This document shows positions 19,278 to 28,915 of a DNA stretch of 64,000 nt, one piece after another; within the stretch, counting starts at the first letter, position 1; each line of letters starts with the position of its first letter. Origin of the DNA: a virus. The notes under the pieces were generated by a model, which had not been told where the DNA came from, did no database searches, and saw only the letters and a program-made list of their open reading frames with translations. Made by a program: the position numbers and the translations under genes. The stretch lies in IMG/VR virus record IMGVR_UViG_3300027896_000002, positions 1 to 64,000 of that record; one strand, 5' to 3'.

Positions 19278-19982
19278 TTGAAGATATGTGCTTATCTACC
19301 CATTTATAAAAGAGAGGGACTTTTGGCGGAAACACTTCGAAGATTGAAACACCAGACATTGTCATTTGAGCGTATTGTAACTGTTGGAAGTTGTGACGAG
19401 GACAAGGAGATTGCAAAAAAATTTGGGGTTGATTATATTGGCCATGAAAACCATCCCTTGAGTGATAAGATTCAGGCAGGGGTGTCATACCTTCGTCAAT
19501 TTAAACCTGATGCAATTATGGGCATAGGTTCAGATGATTGGGTTACAAGTAATTGGGTTGAGGAGGTCTCCAAATGCTTAGGAGAATTTGATATCATTGG
19601 GGCAGACCACTTTTATCTTTTTCTCGTAGATTCAAAGCCAATACAGTTGATTCGGTACTGTTATCCCTCTTCTCGGTATGGTGAGCCGATGGGCGCAGGC
19701 AGATTTGTATCAAGACGGATTTTGGATAAGCTTGATTGGAGGCTTTATCCTCGGGGATTTGAATGGGGCCTTGACGGTAAAAGCCACAGCAGGATGGTGG
19801 CTTTAGGTGCAACGTACTCATTGTATAGAAGTGATAAAGCAAAAATCTTATGCCCAAAAGGAATTCAGGGACAATTGACCACTTGGGACCATGCGATCAA
19901 CTCAGATCGCAGTAAGAAAATTGATGATAAGCACTGGATCAGCACAAATTTCCCTGGCGTTGTAATGGAAGGGTCGGTATGA
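19278..19982 (+). CDS. Glycosyltransferase (GT2-like)
   Basis: YLPIYKR..LL..TL..LKHQT, GSDD motif, GAGR, GLD. Confidence 0.8.
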   Translation: MKICAYLPIYKREGLLAETLRRLKHQTLSFERIVTVGSCDEDKEIAKKFGVDYIGHENHPLSDKIQAGVSYLRQFKPDAIMGIGSDDWVTSNWVEEVSKCLGEFDIIGADHFYLFLVDSKPIQLIRYCYPSSRYGEPMGAGRFVSRRILDKLDWRLYPRGFEWGLDGKSHSRMVALGATYSLYRSDKAKILCPKGIQGQLTTWDHAINSDRSKKIDDKHWISTNFPGVVMEGSV

Positions 19983-20770
19983 TTCTGATCGTCTCAAGGT
20001 TTGGTAGAATGAATAAATATCCAGATCAGGTTATGATGAGGAAAACATTGGCTGCTTTTTTAAGATCTCTGGACAATCAGACGGATAAGGGCTTCAGGGC
20101 TTTCTTAAGCTGCCATGATGTACCAGAGGGGTTCAATTATCCCTGGCTTGAATGGTGTTCGATGGCCGCTAACCCAGAGAACAGTGGCACAAAATACTGG
20201 AAACGATTCCCTATAAATCTAGATGATCTTGGAGAAAGAATTGTCTGTACGTATGGCAGCAAAATTCAAGACTCTGGCCGTAAGGGGATTCACTCGGTGA
20301 TAAAAGCAGGGCAATGGGCATATAGAAATGGACTAAAAGATTTTTGGATAATGAGGATGGATAGCGACGACATGCTTGCAAAACGCACGATTGAAACTAT
20401 TCACGCTCTTGATAAGCAAGGGATAGAGGCTATTTATAATAGACGCTGTCACATCTTTGACGCACGAACAAGAGAGATTGGGGAATATAATTACAGATCT
20501 TCTACAACCTGTAACGCTCTTAAGATGAGAATTGAGAAAAATATACTCCTGCGTTGGTTTTATCTTTGCACCAATCACACGAGATTTATCTCTGATGTGA
20601 GGAGAGATAAAATAAAATTTAAAGAGGTAGACTGGACTTATTGCATTGTCACTAATTCTAGGAATTCAATTTCTAGCAGGCCAACATTAACCGCAGAGAG
20701 ATGGGCAAGGAAAATTGGCATGACGAAGAAATTATCAGATCGCTATGGCTTAGATCAGTTTGGGAGATAA
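19979..20770 (+). CDS. putative GT-A fold glycosyltransferase
   Basis: LRSLDNQTDKGF, WIMRMDSDD (DxD). Confidence 0.65.
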   Translation: MILIVSRFGRMNKYPDQVMMRKTLAAFLRSLDNQTDKGFRAFLSCHDVPEGFNYPWLEWCSMAANPENSGTKYWKRFPINLDDLGERIVCTYGSKIQDSGRKGIHSVIKAGQWAYRNGLKDFWIMRMDSDDMLAKRTIETIHALDKQGIEAIYNRRCHIFDARTREIGEYNYRSSTTCNALKMRIEKNILLRWFYLCTNHTRFISDVRRDKIKFKEVDWTYCIVTNSRNSISSRPTLTAERWARKIGMTKKLSDRYGLDQFGR

Positions 20771-21506
20771 CGTGATTGACATAATTGTTACAACGTATAA
20801 TCGACTTCATTTTTTACAAAGTACTCTTGAAAGTCTTCTTGACAGCGTAACTAGTGAGCTGTTCAAACTTTATATCATTGATGATTGCAGCTTTGACGGG
20901 ACGAGGGAATATCTTAGCAAGATGAATAAATTTCTTGACATTTCTATCATCCTATCTGATGAAAGAAGAGGGGTCGTTCCAAACTTTAATTCTTTGTGGG
21001 ATACAGTTATTTTAAATGAAAGGCATCCATTCTTGTGCTATCTGCAGGACGATATAGTTGCAGTGGAAAAAGATTGGCTTACCGTATTGACTGTGGCGTG
21101 GCACGAAATGAAAGACGCCTATAAGATTGGTTTTTTGAGTGGGTATGATGCTCCAGAGCATCCAACAGAAAGAGAAATAATGTGGATGGGTCGAAATGTA
21201 AAGATTAAGAAGTCTACGTCAGGGCAAAATTTATTCGCTGATAAGAAGTTTTGGGCTTCTATAGGAAAGCCCCCTGAATTAAATTTTAATGGTTCGGTGC
21301 GTGGCTTTCCAGACAATGGTAAAGGGTCTAATATTGATGTCTGGTTTACAGGTTGTTATTCCTTGAGTAAATTTGACCAGAAAAATGCAGCTCCTAATTG
21401 TCTTTATAAGCAAGGCAAGAGGGTTATGGTTATTCCAATGTTAAAGCATCTTGGCATTGAAAAAAAAGACTCAACTTGGCGACAAAATCGGGTCGGAGGG
21501 TTTTAA
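20760..21506 (+). CDS. Glycosyltransferase (GT2)
   Basis: IIVTTYNR, IIDDCSFDGTREYL, LQDD, KHLG. Confidence 0.9.
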   Translation: MGDNVIDIIVTTYNRLHFLQSTLESLLDSVTSELFKLYIIDDCSFDGTREYLSKMNKFLDISIILSDERRGVVPNFNSLWDTVILNERHPFLCYLQDDIVAVEKDWLTVLTVAWHEMKDAYKIGFLSGYDAPEHPTEREIMWMGRNVKIKKSTSGQNLFADKKFWASIGKPPELNFNGSVRGFPDNGKGSNIDVWFTGCYSLSKFDQKNAAPNCLYKQGKRVMVIPMLKHLGIEKKDSTWRQNRVGGF

Positions 21507-21512
21507 GGAAAG

Positions 21513-22523
21513 ATGGGAAAAAGCGTAGCATATTTTGCTAACGGAATTGGAAATTTTATTATGATGATGCCTGCCCTGCAAGCAATGGCAACCTTGGCAG
21601 ATAACAAGGTAGTAGACATCATTATAGATAGCAATTGGGTTGACAACCGAAGACCCGCGGTCGAGGAGATCTGCACAGCTTGGCCTGTAATAGGAAAGAT
21701 TATAAGGTATCCTAAACAAAAGTTCGATAAAAATAGCTATGGGCACTGGTTCTTTACTGTTCATGGAATGACAAATGGCGCAGCCTCTATATTCCTTCCG
21801 AGAATGAAAAAGATTATTCCAAAACCCCACTGGAGATCTTCTCAAACGCATGAGAGAGATTATTATATGAATGTGGCGAGAGGGGTGGGGTACGAAGGTT
21901 TAGAACCAGAGATTCAGTTTCCATTGGCTAAGAATCCTATTGTTAATTTAACAAGGCCAATTATTGGTTTGTGCAATGGGTACTTTCGCACTTTTAATCA
22001 TTATTGGGATAAAAAGGGATGGCAGTATTTTCCAAGGTTGTCAGAAATTTTAGCACTGTATTTTGGTGGGTCTGTTGTTGGCCTTGGCCATGAGAATGAG
22101 ATTCCAAAGGGGACAAAGCTTATTGTAGATTATGCAGGCAAACTTTCTATTTTGGAGACAGCTAAGGTTTTATCTCAGCTTGATTTGTTTATTACCACAG
22201 ATACGGGGCTTATGCATCTGGCAGATGTACTTAATATCCCCACCATAGCAATGTTTGGGCCAACGCTTGTGACCAAAAACGGGATTAGGGGAGAGAATTC
22301 TTATGTTCTGCAAGCGGGCCTTAAGTGTGTCCCATGTCAGGAGACCTCAGCATATTATATGTGTAAGTTGAATGAATGCATGAGGTCTATTAAAACAGAT
22401 GATGTGATGGCTAAGGCAAAAGAAATTTTGGGAGGACATGCCAATGAGCGAAGTTATCATAGCTGGAATTATAAAGTGGAGCGATCTTCAGAATTGGATA
22501 GAACCGTCTCCTCTGGATACTGA
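21513..22523 (+). CDS. Glycosyltransferase family 9 (heptosyltransferase-like)
   Basis: GIGNFIMMMPAL, KKGW, AGKLSILETA, FITTDTGLMHLA....PTIAMFGPT, C.PC...C...CM. Confidence 0.92.
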   Translation: MGKSVAYFANGIGNFIMMMPALQAMATLADNKVVDIIIDSNWVDNRRPAVEEICTAWPVIGKIIRYPKQKFDKNSYGHWFFTVHGMTNGAASIFLPRMKKIIPKPHWRSSQTHERDYYMNVARGVGYEGLEPEIQFPLAKNPIVNLTRPIIGLCNGYFRTFNHYWDKKGWQYFPRLSEILALYFGGSVVGLGHENEIPKGTKLIVDYAGKLSILETAKVLSQLDLFITTDTGLMHLADVLNIPTIAMFGPTLVTKNGIRGENSYVLQAGLKCVPCQETSAYYMCKLNECMRSIKTDDVMAKAKEILGGHANERSYHSWNYKVERSSELDRTVSSGY

Positions 22524-23127
22524 TCTCGGAAAGCTAACGCTGATCGGAGAGGGCGTTGTTTCTGACGCTGAAGATTATGTTCATGGAAAAATTAGTCGAG
22601 TTGAGGGTGAAATTGCCCATCTCGATGGGGGTAAAAATTATTTGACTTTACCTCATTTGAATGTCAGCAACGTTTTAATTTGGGAGGATATGAACAGGGT
22701 CTTTGGTAGTTCCACTTTGATCAATCCAAAAAGATATCAAGTTTATGGGCCGAGGGGAATTGCCAGAATTGGGAAGCCTAAGAGCCATTCGATAGGGGGT
22801 ATTGCCTGGATGGATAGATTTTTCTCCGATTACTATTGGGATGATTTCTGGTTTGATAGATTTTTTGAGGGGAGGAGAGAATTTATTCATGGCAGGCTTG
22901 TAATAAAGGTTCGGTACGATGGGGGTTGGGATCAAGATACAGTTGAAAAAGGGTTGAAGCTTGCCATGATAACCCAGATTGGATATCGGTACAGAAGAAG
23001 AAAAGATCCTGGTCTTTCAACAGTGAGTTATCCAGATGGGTCGGTGACAAAAATGATGAACATCGATCAATGGCTTCCAGAGGTTAAAGCTACATTGAAT
23101 AAGTATAAGAGGATATCGTTGATATGA
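22438..23127 (+). CDS. Head-tail connector/adaptor protein (gp6-like)
   Basis: Position after head genes; HLDGG..YLTLP, IKVRYDGGW, LKLA.I......YRRR, LP.VKATL.KY. Confidence 0.7.
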   Translation: MPMSEVIIAGIIKWSDLQNWIEPSPLDTDLGKLTLIGEGVVSDAEDYVHGKISRVEGEIAHLDGGKNYLTLPHLNVSNVLIWEDMNRVFGSSTLINPKRYQVYGPRGIARIGKPKSHSIGGIAWMDRFFSDYYWDDFWFDRFFEGRREFIHGRLVIKVRYDGGWDQDTVEKGLKLAMITQIGYRYRRRKDPGLSTVSYPDGSVTKMMNIDQWLPEVKATLNKYKRISLI

Positions 23128-23783
23128 ATACATTAGATGTTGTCTATGAAAGTAAAATAGATATAAACCAGATCGCGCCATCGTTAACGAAAAAATTAGT
23201 TAGGACATTTGATCTTGGTGCTATTTGGCTGCAGAAACTTATTAGAACGGGATATATGAGTGGGCCAACGTCTGCTAAGTCGGTGAGCGTTAGAACTGGA
23301 GCTCTTAGGGCATCGGTGATACCGATTAAGACTGAAATCAAGGAAGATGCCGTTCAGGCAGGGGTTTCTATTGGTGGGAACATTTCACAAGGAGCAGGTA
23401 CTCCAGCTGGTCGATATGCAGGGGTTCATGTTGGAGGATATAGGTCTACTGTCATATCGGCAAAGAACAAAAAGTTTCTAACCATTCCCCTTACGGCTGC
23501 AAAAACTGGAGCAGGGGTAGCAAAAGGTTCAGCCTTAAGTGGTATTTGGGGTGAGACGTTTATTGCGAAGTCAAAGCAAGGAAATTTAATTATCTTTGGA
23601 AGAGAGAAGTTTGTCAAGGGGAAAAAGATGGGAGAATTTAAGACGCCTATAGTTCCTCTTTTTCTTTTAAAGAAATCTGTTTCTGTACCAGGGAGAATTC
23701 ATCCAAATGAAATTCTTGAGACCTTTGGCCGAAAATTAATTGGAGATTTATCAGCTCTCGGCATAGAAGACATAGGAAAGTGA
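23124..23783 (+). CDS. Neck/tail-completion protein (HK97 gp10-like)
   Basis: VRTGALRASV, YAGVHVGG, ISAKNKKFLTIP, LKKSVSVPGR. Confidence 0.6.
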   Translation: MNTLDVVYESKIDINQIAPSLTKKLVRTFDLGAIWLQKLIRTGYMSGPTSAKSVSVRTGALRASVIPIKTEIKEDAVQAGVSIGGNISQGAGTPAGRYAGVHVGGYRSTVISAKNKKFLTIPLTAAKTGAGVAKGSALSGIWGETFIAKSKQGNLIIFGREKFVKGKKMGEFKTPIVPLFLLKKSVSVPGRIHPNEILETFGRKLIGDLSALGIEDIGK

Positions 23784-24460
23784 AAATGGATAAGGTGATC
23801 TTAGCGATTGGTGGTGTGGTCATTAAAACTGCTTGGGAAGAGTTGAAAGAGGTAGTCAGAAGCGAGAAAGTTGAGATCCTTGTTCATAACGGGGCTTCAC
23901 TTTTTCATGACTTTCAGAGGGCAACGGATAAAATTCTTGCAGCAGCTGGGATGCATTCATATCCGTTGGATGATCTTTTAATTAACAGAGAACTTGATCG
24001 ACCTGCTGCTAATTTAGTTTGGAGTTGGATCAGGGGGGCACAGGCACCAGAAGCAAGCGTAACAAGGATTTGCGAGGAGATGAAAATTCCAACTCTTTGC
24101 TTCACGGCATTAGGATGTGATTTCTGGCAGCTTTTTGATCGAGGGTGGGATGAATTCGCGCAGAAAACAAAAAGGGATTTGGCTTTTTTGGCCAATAGGA
24201 TGGTGGGAGGGCAGTTCCATTATCTTCTTCTTGGCTCTGCCGTGATTCACCCTGAGATATTTAGATCGGCAATGGCTCTTGCAAAGCCTGGAGTCTTTCG
24301 TGCTGATGTCGTGGATTTTAAGGATATGTATCGGCCCCGGACAAGGGTTGCCAGGTATGGTTCTTATTATCAAACAGACTTTAAAACTTTTTTAAGAAAA
24401 TGGCTTAATGAGGATAAAGTTATGCCAGGATTAGATTTTCAAGACGTAAGCAATCATTAG
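23780..24460 (+). CDS. Deoxyhypusine-synthase-like NAD-binding protein (truncated-looking)
   Basis: IGGVVIK, HNGASLFHDFQ, ALGCD, LGSAVIHPEIF, YRP.TRV match a bacterial DHS-like family from memory. Confidence 0.5.
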   Translation: MKMDKVILAIGGVVIKTAWEELKEVVRSEKVEILVHNGASLFHDFQRATDKILAAAGMHSYPLDDLLINRELDRPAANLVWSWIRGAQAPEASVTRICEEMKIPTLCFTALGCDFWQLFDRGWDEFAQKTKRDLAFLANRMVGGQFHYLLLGSAVIHPEIFRSAMALAKPGVFRADVVDFKDMYRPRTRVARYGSYYQTDFKTFLRKWLNEDKVMPGLDFQDVSNH

Positions 24461-24469
24461 AGGTGAAAG

Positions 24470-24919
24470 ATGGCTAAGCCTGTAAAGACAGTTTTTATGG
24501 ATCTTGTAGAGATAGCCTTGAAGGCAACGATCTCATCTGACCATGATGTACAGAGGCGGCCAACTTTACCTATAGATCGGGATACTTATAAAGCCCCATT
24601 TATTAGGTTTGCATATACCACGTCAAAGAGGCGTAGGAATAACAGAGTGCAGCTTATAGAATTCGATCTACACGTTGAAGCTTCTATTGAGAGAACTGCC
24701 ACAGACAGCGTGGATGTTGTTGGGGAGATCTTGCAAGCAGATATAGAAAAGGCCTTGGCAGCGCTCGCCAATTTAAAGGTGAGTGGAAAACCTCAAATGA
24801 AAATTGAATGCACAGCAGATGATATTCTTTATTTTGACGATGAGTTAAAGGCTGGTATGGCAGTTTCAATTTATTCAATCACGTTAATGCATGAGTACGG
24901 GGATCCGTACAAATTCTAA
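24470..24919 (+). CDS. putative tail terminator
   Basis: Size and position immediately before tail tube; ILQADIEKAL, C-terminal GDPY. Confidence 0.55.
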   Translation: MAKPVKTVFMDLVEIALKATISSDHDVQRRPTLPIDRDTYKAPFIRFAYTTSKRRRNNRVQLIEFDLHVEASIERTATDSVDVVGEILQADIEKALAALANLKVSGKPQMKIECTADDILYFDDELKAGMAVSIYSITLMHEYGDPYKF

Positions 24920-24936
24920 AAAAGGAGGAAAGTAGA

Positions 24937-25464
24937 ATGGAACACACACCGCATGATGTTCAGTTATTGTCACTTGGCAAGGGGATTTTGAAGTTTGACC
25001 GGTTTGATGTCGATGGTCTTCCAACTGGGTTGGTTGATATCGGCAATGCTCCAACCTTCAACCTTACTATAACGGTTGATAAGTTAGAGCATCTTAGCTC
25101 GCGTGAAGGTGTCGCGACGATGGACGATCAGGTTATTCGGTCGAGAAAGATGGAAGGTGATTTTGAGCTCGATGAACTGGGCCGTGAAAATCTTCGTCTT
25201 TGGTTGATGGGCAAGATCGGAAGTTTTGGCATTAAACCAATGACCGCGGGCGCGATTCAGGGAATGATTGATTTTATAGGAACGAGCGACGTTGGCCCTC
25301 GTTATCATTTCCAGGGATGGGTTGTCAATCTCTTTCCAAAGGGCTCTCTCGGCTTGATCAGCACTGATTGGGGGAAGATGGGTTTTGATTTTACAATTCT
25401 TCAGGATTCGGTTGGGCATCCTGACAGTCCTTGGGGTGATTTGACCTTGTTGGGTCAATCATAA
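24937..25464 (+). CDS. Major tail tube protein
   Basis: LSLGKGILKF, DIGNAPTFNLT..VDKLEHLSSREG, LDEL..ENL, L.PKG.LGLIS.DW; strong SD. Confidence 0.8.
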   Translation: MEHTPHDVQLLSLGKGILKFDRFDVDGLPTGLVDIGNAPTFNLTITVDKLEHLSSREGVATMDDQVIRSRKMEGDFELDELGRENLRLWLMGKIGSFGIKPMTAGAIQGMIDFIGTSDVGPRYHFQGWVVNLFPKGSLGLISTDWGKMGFDFTILQDSVGHPDSPWGDLTLLGQS

Positions 25465-25489
25465 GATTCTAATTTAATTGGAGGTTTTT

Positions 25490-25924
25490 ATGAGAGAAGA
25501 ATTAAAAAAATCCGAGGCTGAAGTAATGTTTCCAGCGATCAGTCTCGATGGGTATCAGTTAAGGCCATGGACTTGGGATCAATTGATATCTGTTTTGCCA
25601 GATGTCATGAGTGCCATGGAAAAGGTGGAGACCCTTAAGATCAATTTTGATCAGATTGAAGCAATGGCTAATGACCCAAGGCAAAAGACAGAGCTGTTTA
25701 AACTTTTAGTCCCTGTCTTGATTGCAATTGGCCCAATTGTTCTAAACATCATTGCAAAGACGATTGATGAGGATTTGGATAAAATTAAATCTTGGGACGC
25801 TTATAAAATTCTTAACATCGCTCTTGTGATAGCGATTCAGAATGCGTCTAGAATAAAAAACTCGGTCGGCCTCGTGGCAAGTCAGCTGGAGATGATTGGC
25901 CCGAGGCCTTTGCTGAAGCAATAG
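25490..25924 (+). CDS. Tail assembly chaperone (gpG-like)
   Basis: Lies between tube and tape measure; slippery A AAA AAC at 25855-25861. Confidence 0.8.
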   Translation: MREELKKSEAEVMFPAISLDGYQLRPWTWDQLISVLPDVMSAMEKVETLKINFDQIEAMANDPRQKTELFKLLVPVLIAIGPIVLNIIAKTIDEDLDKIKSWDAYKILNIALVIAIQNASRIKNSVGLVASQLEMIGPRPLLKQ

Positions 25925-26187
25925 AATTTTTGATTTCAAGGGGCCATCGATTCGAGGATATCTTTAAGGTCTATACGGTTGATCAATTTTTTCTTCTTTT
26001 AGAGAAAGCAAGGGTCAATCGAAATAAGGAAATCCTCGAAGGCTCTTTTGGGGTGAGAGCGGCTTTAGGGGCAAATCAAAGAGAATGGAAGCAATACATT
26101 GATTCTTTGATGCCTCGTCCTGAGAAAGTCAAAGTTTCATCTAAGGTTGAATATCTGCAATTTAGGAGGTTGATGTCACATGGCTGA
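25861..26187 (+). CDS. Tail assembly chaperone gpGT extension via -1 frameshift
   Basis: The -1 frame from 25861 (LGRPRGKSAGDDWPEAFAEAIEFLISRGH...) is open and continuous with ORF 25930..26187. Confidence 0.8.
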   Translation, partial: LGRPRGKSAGDDWPEAFAEAIEFLISRGHRFEDIFKVYTVDQFFLLLEKARVNRNKEILEGSFGVRAALGANQREWKQYIDSLMPRPEKVKVSSKVEYLQFRRLMSHG

Positions 26188-28912
26188 TACCGAACTTGGC
26201 ACGTTGATCCTGAGATTAAAAGCCGATCTTTCTGATTTGAAGAAGGGGCTTAAGGACGCCGAGAATACTATCAAGGGATCTGTTGATACCCAGCAGAAAA
26301 GCGCTGGCACCCTTGGCCAATCTATTATAGGCATAAAGACACAGTGGCTGGCTCTTGCGGCTGCCGCAGTTGCAATTGCGGCAACGATAAAAAAAGCCTT
26401 TGATTGGTCAGAGCTTGGGGCAAGGGCAGAGGCTATTCAAGAATCCTTTGACGCGATCACTAAAAGCTTTGATGTTAACGGGGCACAGCTTATCGCTAAA
26501 ATTAAAGACACGGCGGGAGTTTATGTTAATGAAACTGAGTTGATGGTTTTTACGAATAAGCTTCTTGCCGAAGGCATTGCTGCAGCTGACATTCCAAAAT
26601 TGTTTGAGGCCGCTCGGGTTGCTGCCAGGTTAATGGGAACTGACGTCAATGAGGCAATGACATTGGTAACACGGGCTGTCCTTACCTTTCAGACCAGAGG
26701 TTTATTCAGGCAAGCTTTCCCAATGGAATCAGCAAAGGTTTTTGAAGTATATGCCACAGGCATTGGGCAAGACGTTGACATGCTTAGCACCTTTGCCAAG
26801 CAACAAGCAATGGTGAACGAGATCCTAAAACAATCAGCTGAAAAAATGCAGATACTTGGTGGCCCAGGAGGATTAGTTAGAAATCATTATGAAAATCTTC
26901 AATTGCTTAGTTCAGCTTACATGGAAGCTAAGGAGATGATTGGTAAGTTCATCGTTGATGGGGTCATGTGGCTTTCAGATGCCTTGGGAGGGCTTATTGG
27001 GATTGTTGAAAAAACCTATGAGAAAATTACCTCTATTCCTAAGGCAATCAAGGGAGTTATTACCAGTGCTTCAGAATTTCTTGGAATAGCATCAAAAGCT
27101 CCTCCTCCGTTAGAACTTGCCACTAGTCATGGCGCTGCAGCCACTCCTGAGCTTGAACTTGCAGTTTCTCATGGTGCAGTTGATAAAGAAAAGAAGTCTT
27201 TGGTCGATGAAGACAAGCTTCAAAAGGCATTGACAAAATTGAGATTAGACGCTGAGAAGGCCCGTATCGACGCTGAAGGGCAGTTAAGAATTTATGGCCT
27301 TGAAGCCCAGCATAATCGAATCTTAACTGAAGCGGCTAAGGTGGGGGAAGACACCCTTGAAATTGATTTAGCATTTGCTAAGAAAAAGGCCGCTATGGAA
27401 TTAGCAAATACCCTGGCCTCCCTTAAGGCCCAAGAAGCAGCCGAGATGGCAACTGCTATCTCTGATAAAAAGACAAGAGAAATACCTGGAATTAAGGAAA
27501 AAATCAGACAGCAAGAATTAATCGCCGAGGGGAAATATCGAGAAGAAATAACCAAACTTGACTTGGATGAAGTAAAAAAGAGAAATGAAAGAAAGCTCGC
27601 CATTGATGAAGCTGCCACAAAAACTGAAATGTCTAATCAGCAAGCCGTTCTTGACCAGGCTCAAGATTATTACGACAGGCTTTTAATCTCTGCTAAGAAC
27701 TTTTATAAGATCAAAGAAGATATTACTCTTTCAACCGGAACATCTGAGATCAGGATGCTTCAAGAGAGGCTTGACCTCGAAACTGATGAGGGAAAGAAAG
27801 CCGACCTTCGGGCACAAATCGCAGAAAAAATTAATGCCCTTGAAAAAAAGATCACCAGCGACCGGTGGGAGGGATATAAGGCACTTCAAGCTGAGGCTGA
27901 CCTTCATAATCAAATTTTGCAAACAGATACCAGTCGCCAGAACATGATGATTGACATGGCTCGGGAGAAATTTGAGATAACTGAGGCCGATGCCTTAACA
28001 AAAAGAATTCAACTTCAAAATGATCTCCTTTCAGCGTTGCAAGATCAATTAAATATTACCGATAAGATTAGTGACCCGAAAAAATATGCTGACCTTAAAC
28101 TTGCGATCACTCAAACTACTGCCCAAATTCAAACGATGAATATTTCACTTACCGAGCAAGTGGGGACGTTTGTCCAGCTTAGTGATTTGGGGATGAAACG
28201 GTATGCGGATAGTTTGCAGAAGAATCTTATCACTAACGTGGAAAATTTGGTTCCTAACGCCTTCGATACTGCCGGAAGCTCTGTCAAGGGGTTTATCAAT
28301 AACCTTGTTGACGGGACAATGTCAGCAAGTGCAGCCTTAAAAGAAATGGCCAATAGTTTTGCAAAAGGTATATTGAATATGGTGGTTGACATTGGCCTTC
28401 TTATTGTAAAGATGGAGATTCTAAAAGCTCTTGGCTATGGTCAAGGAAGTACACCCGCTGCGGGTGAAAGTAGCTTAGGTGGAATGGGGGGTGGGAGTGG
28501 CATCCTTAACGTTGTTGTGGGGCTTATTGGTAGCATATTTCAAGGTGGTGGTCAAGTTACTGGTCAATCTGGAATTGATAAAGTTCCAATTCGAGCTACT
28601 GTTGGAGAGTTTGTTATTCAACAATCTGCGGTTAAAAAATATGGATCAGGATTTATGGCAATGATCAACGAGGGAATGCTTGATGTTTCAAAATTAGTGG
28701 GAATATCTTCTCGACCACAACCTACTTTAGCTTTTGCCAGCGGTGGTGAGGTTACCTCTCAACCGACCCAAACGATGAAAAACGAAATTACCCTTATCAA
28801 TGTCGTTGATTCAAGAGATATGGATAAATGGGCAGCATCAGCGGCAGGTCAAAATGCGGTTATTAATGTTCTTAGTTCCAGATTAGCAACCGTAAAAAAG
28901 ATTGTGAGGTAG
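26180..28912 (+). CDS. Tape measure protein
   Basis: LGTLILRLKADLSDLKKG start, long helical Ala/Leu/Lys/Glu-rich body, C-terminal GGQVTG..GIDKVPI....GEFV, FASGG. Confidence 0.92.
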   Translation: MADTELGTLILRLKADLSDLKKGLKDAENTIKGSVDTQQKSAGTLGQSIIGIKTQWLALAAAAVAIAATIKKAFDWSELGARAEAIQESFDAITKSFDVNGAQLIAKIKDTAGVYVNETELMVFTNKLLAEGIAAADIPKLFEAARVAARLMGTDVNEAMTLVTRAVLTFQTRGLFRQAFPMESAKVFEVYATGIGQDVDMLSTFAKQQAMVNEILKQSAEKMQILGGPGGLVRNHYENLQLLSSAYMEAKEMIGKFIVDGVMWLSDALGGLIGIVEKTYEKITSIPKAIKGVITSASEFLGIASKAPPPLELATSHGAAATPELELAVSHGAVDKEKKSLVDEDKLQKALTKLRLDAEKARIDAEGQLRIYGLEAQHNRILTEAAKVGEDTLEIDLAFAKKKAAMELANTLASLKAQEAAEMATAISDKKTREIPGIKEKIRQQELIAEGKYREEITKLDLDEVKKRNERKLAIDEAATKTEMSNQQAVLDQAQDYYDRLLISAKNFYKIKEDITLSTGTSEIRMLQERLDLETDEGKKADLRAQIAEKINALEKKITSDRWEGYKALQAEADLHNQILQTDTSRQNMMIDMAREKFEITEADALTKRIQLQNDLLSALQDQLNITDKISDPKKYADLKLAITQTTAQIQTMNISLTEQVGTFVQLSDLGMKRYADSLQKNLITNVENLVPNAFDTAGSSVKGFINNLVDGTMSASAALKEMANSFAKGILNMVVDIGLLIVKMEILKALGYGQGSTPAAGESSLGGMGGGSGILNVVVGLIGSIFQGGGQVTGQSGIDKVPIRATVGEFVIQQSAVKKYGSGFMAMINEGMLDVSKLVGISSRPQPTLAFASGGEVTSQPTQTMKNEITLINVVDSRDMDKWAASAAGQNAVINVLSSRLATVKKIVR

Positions 28913-28915
28913 TTT

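Noticed and set aside
14046-22523. Host LPS/O-antigen locus or chimeric assembly
   Set aside because: The genes overlap seamlessly with phage head and neck genes on the same strand. No flippase, polymerase or ligase is present.
27110-27180. LELAxSHGA duplication in the tape measure protein
   Set aside because: A two-copy local duplication, common in tape measure proteins, with no further support for a function.
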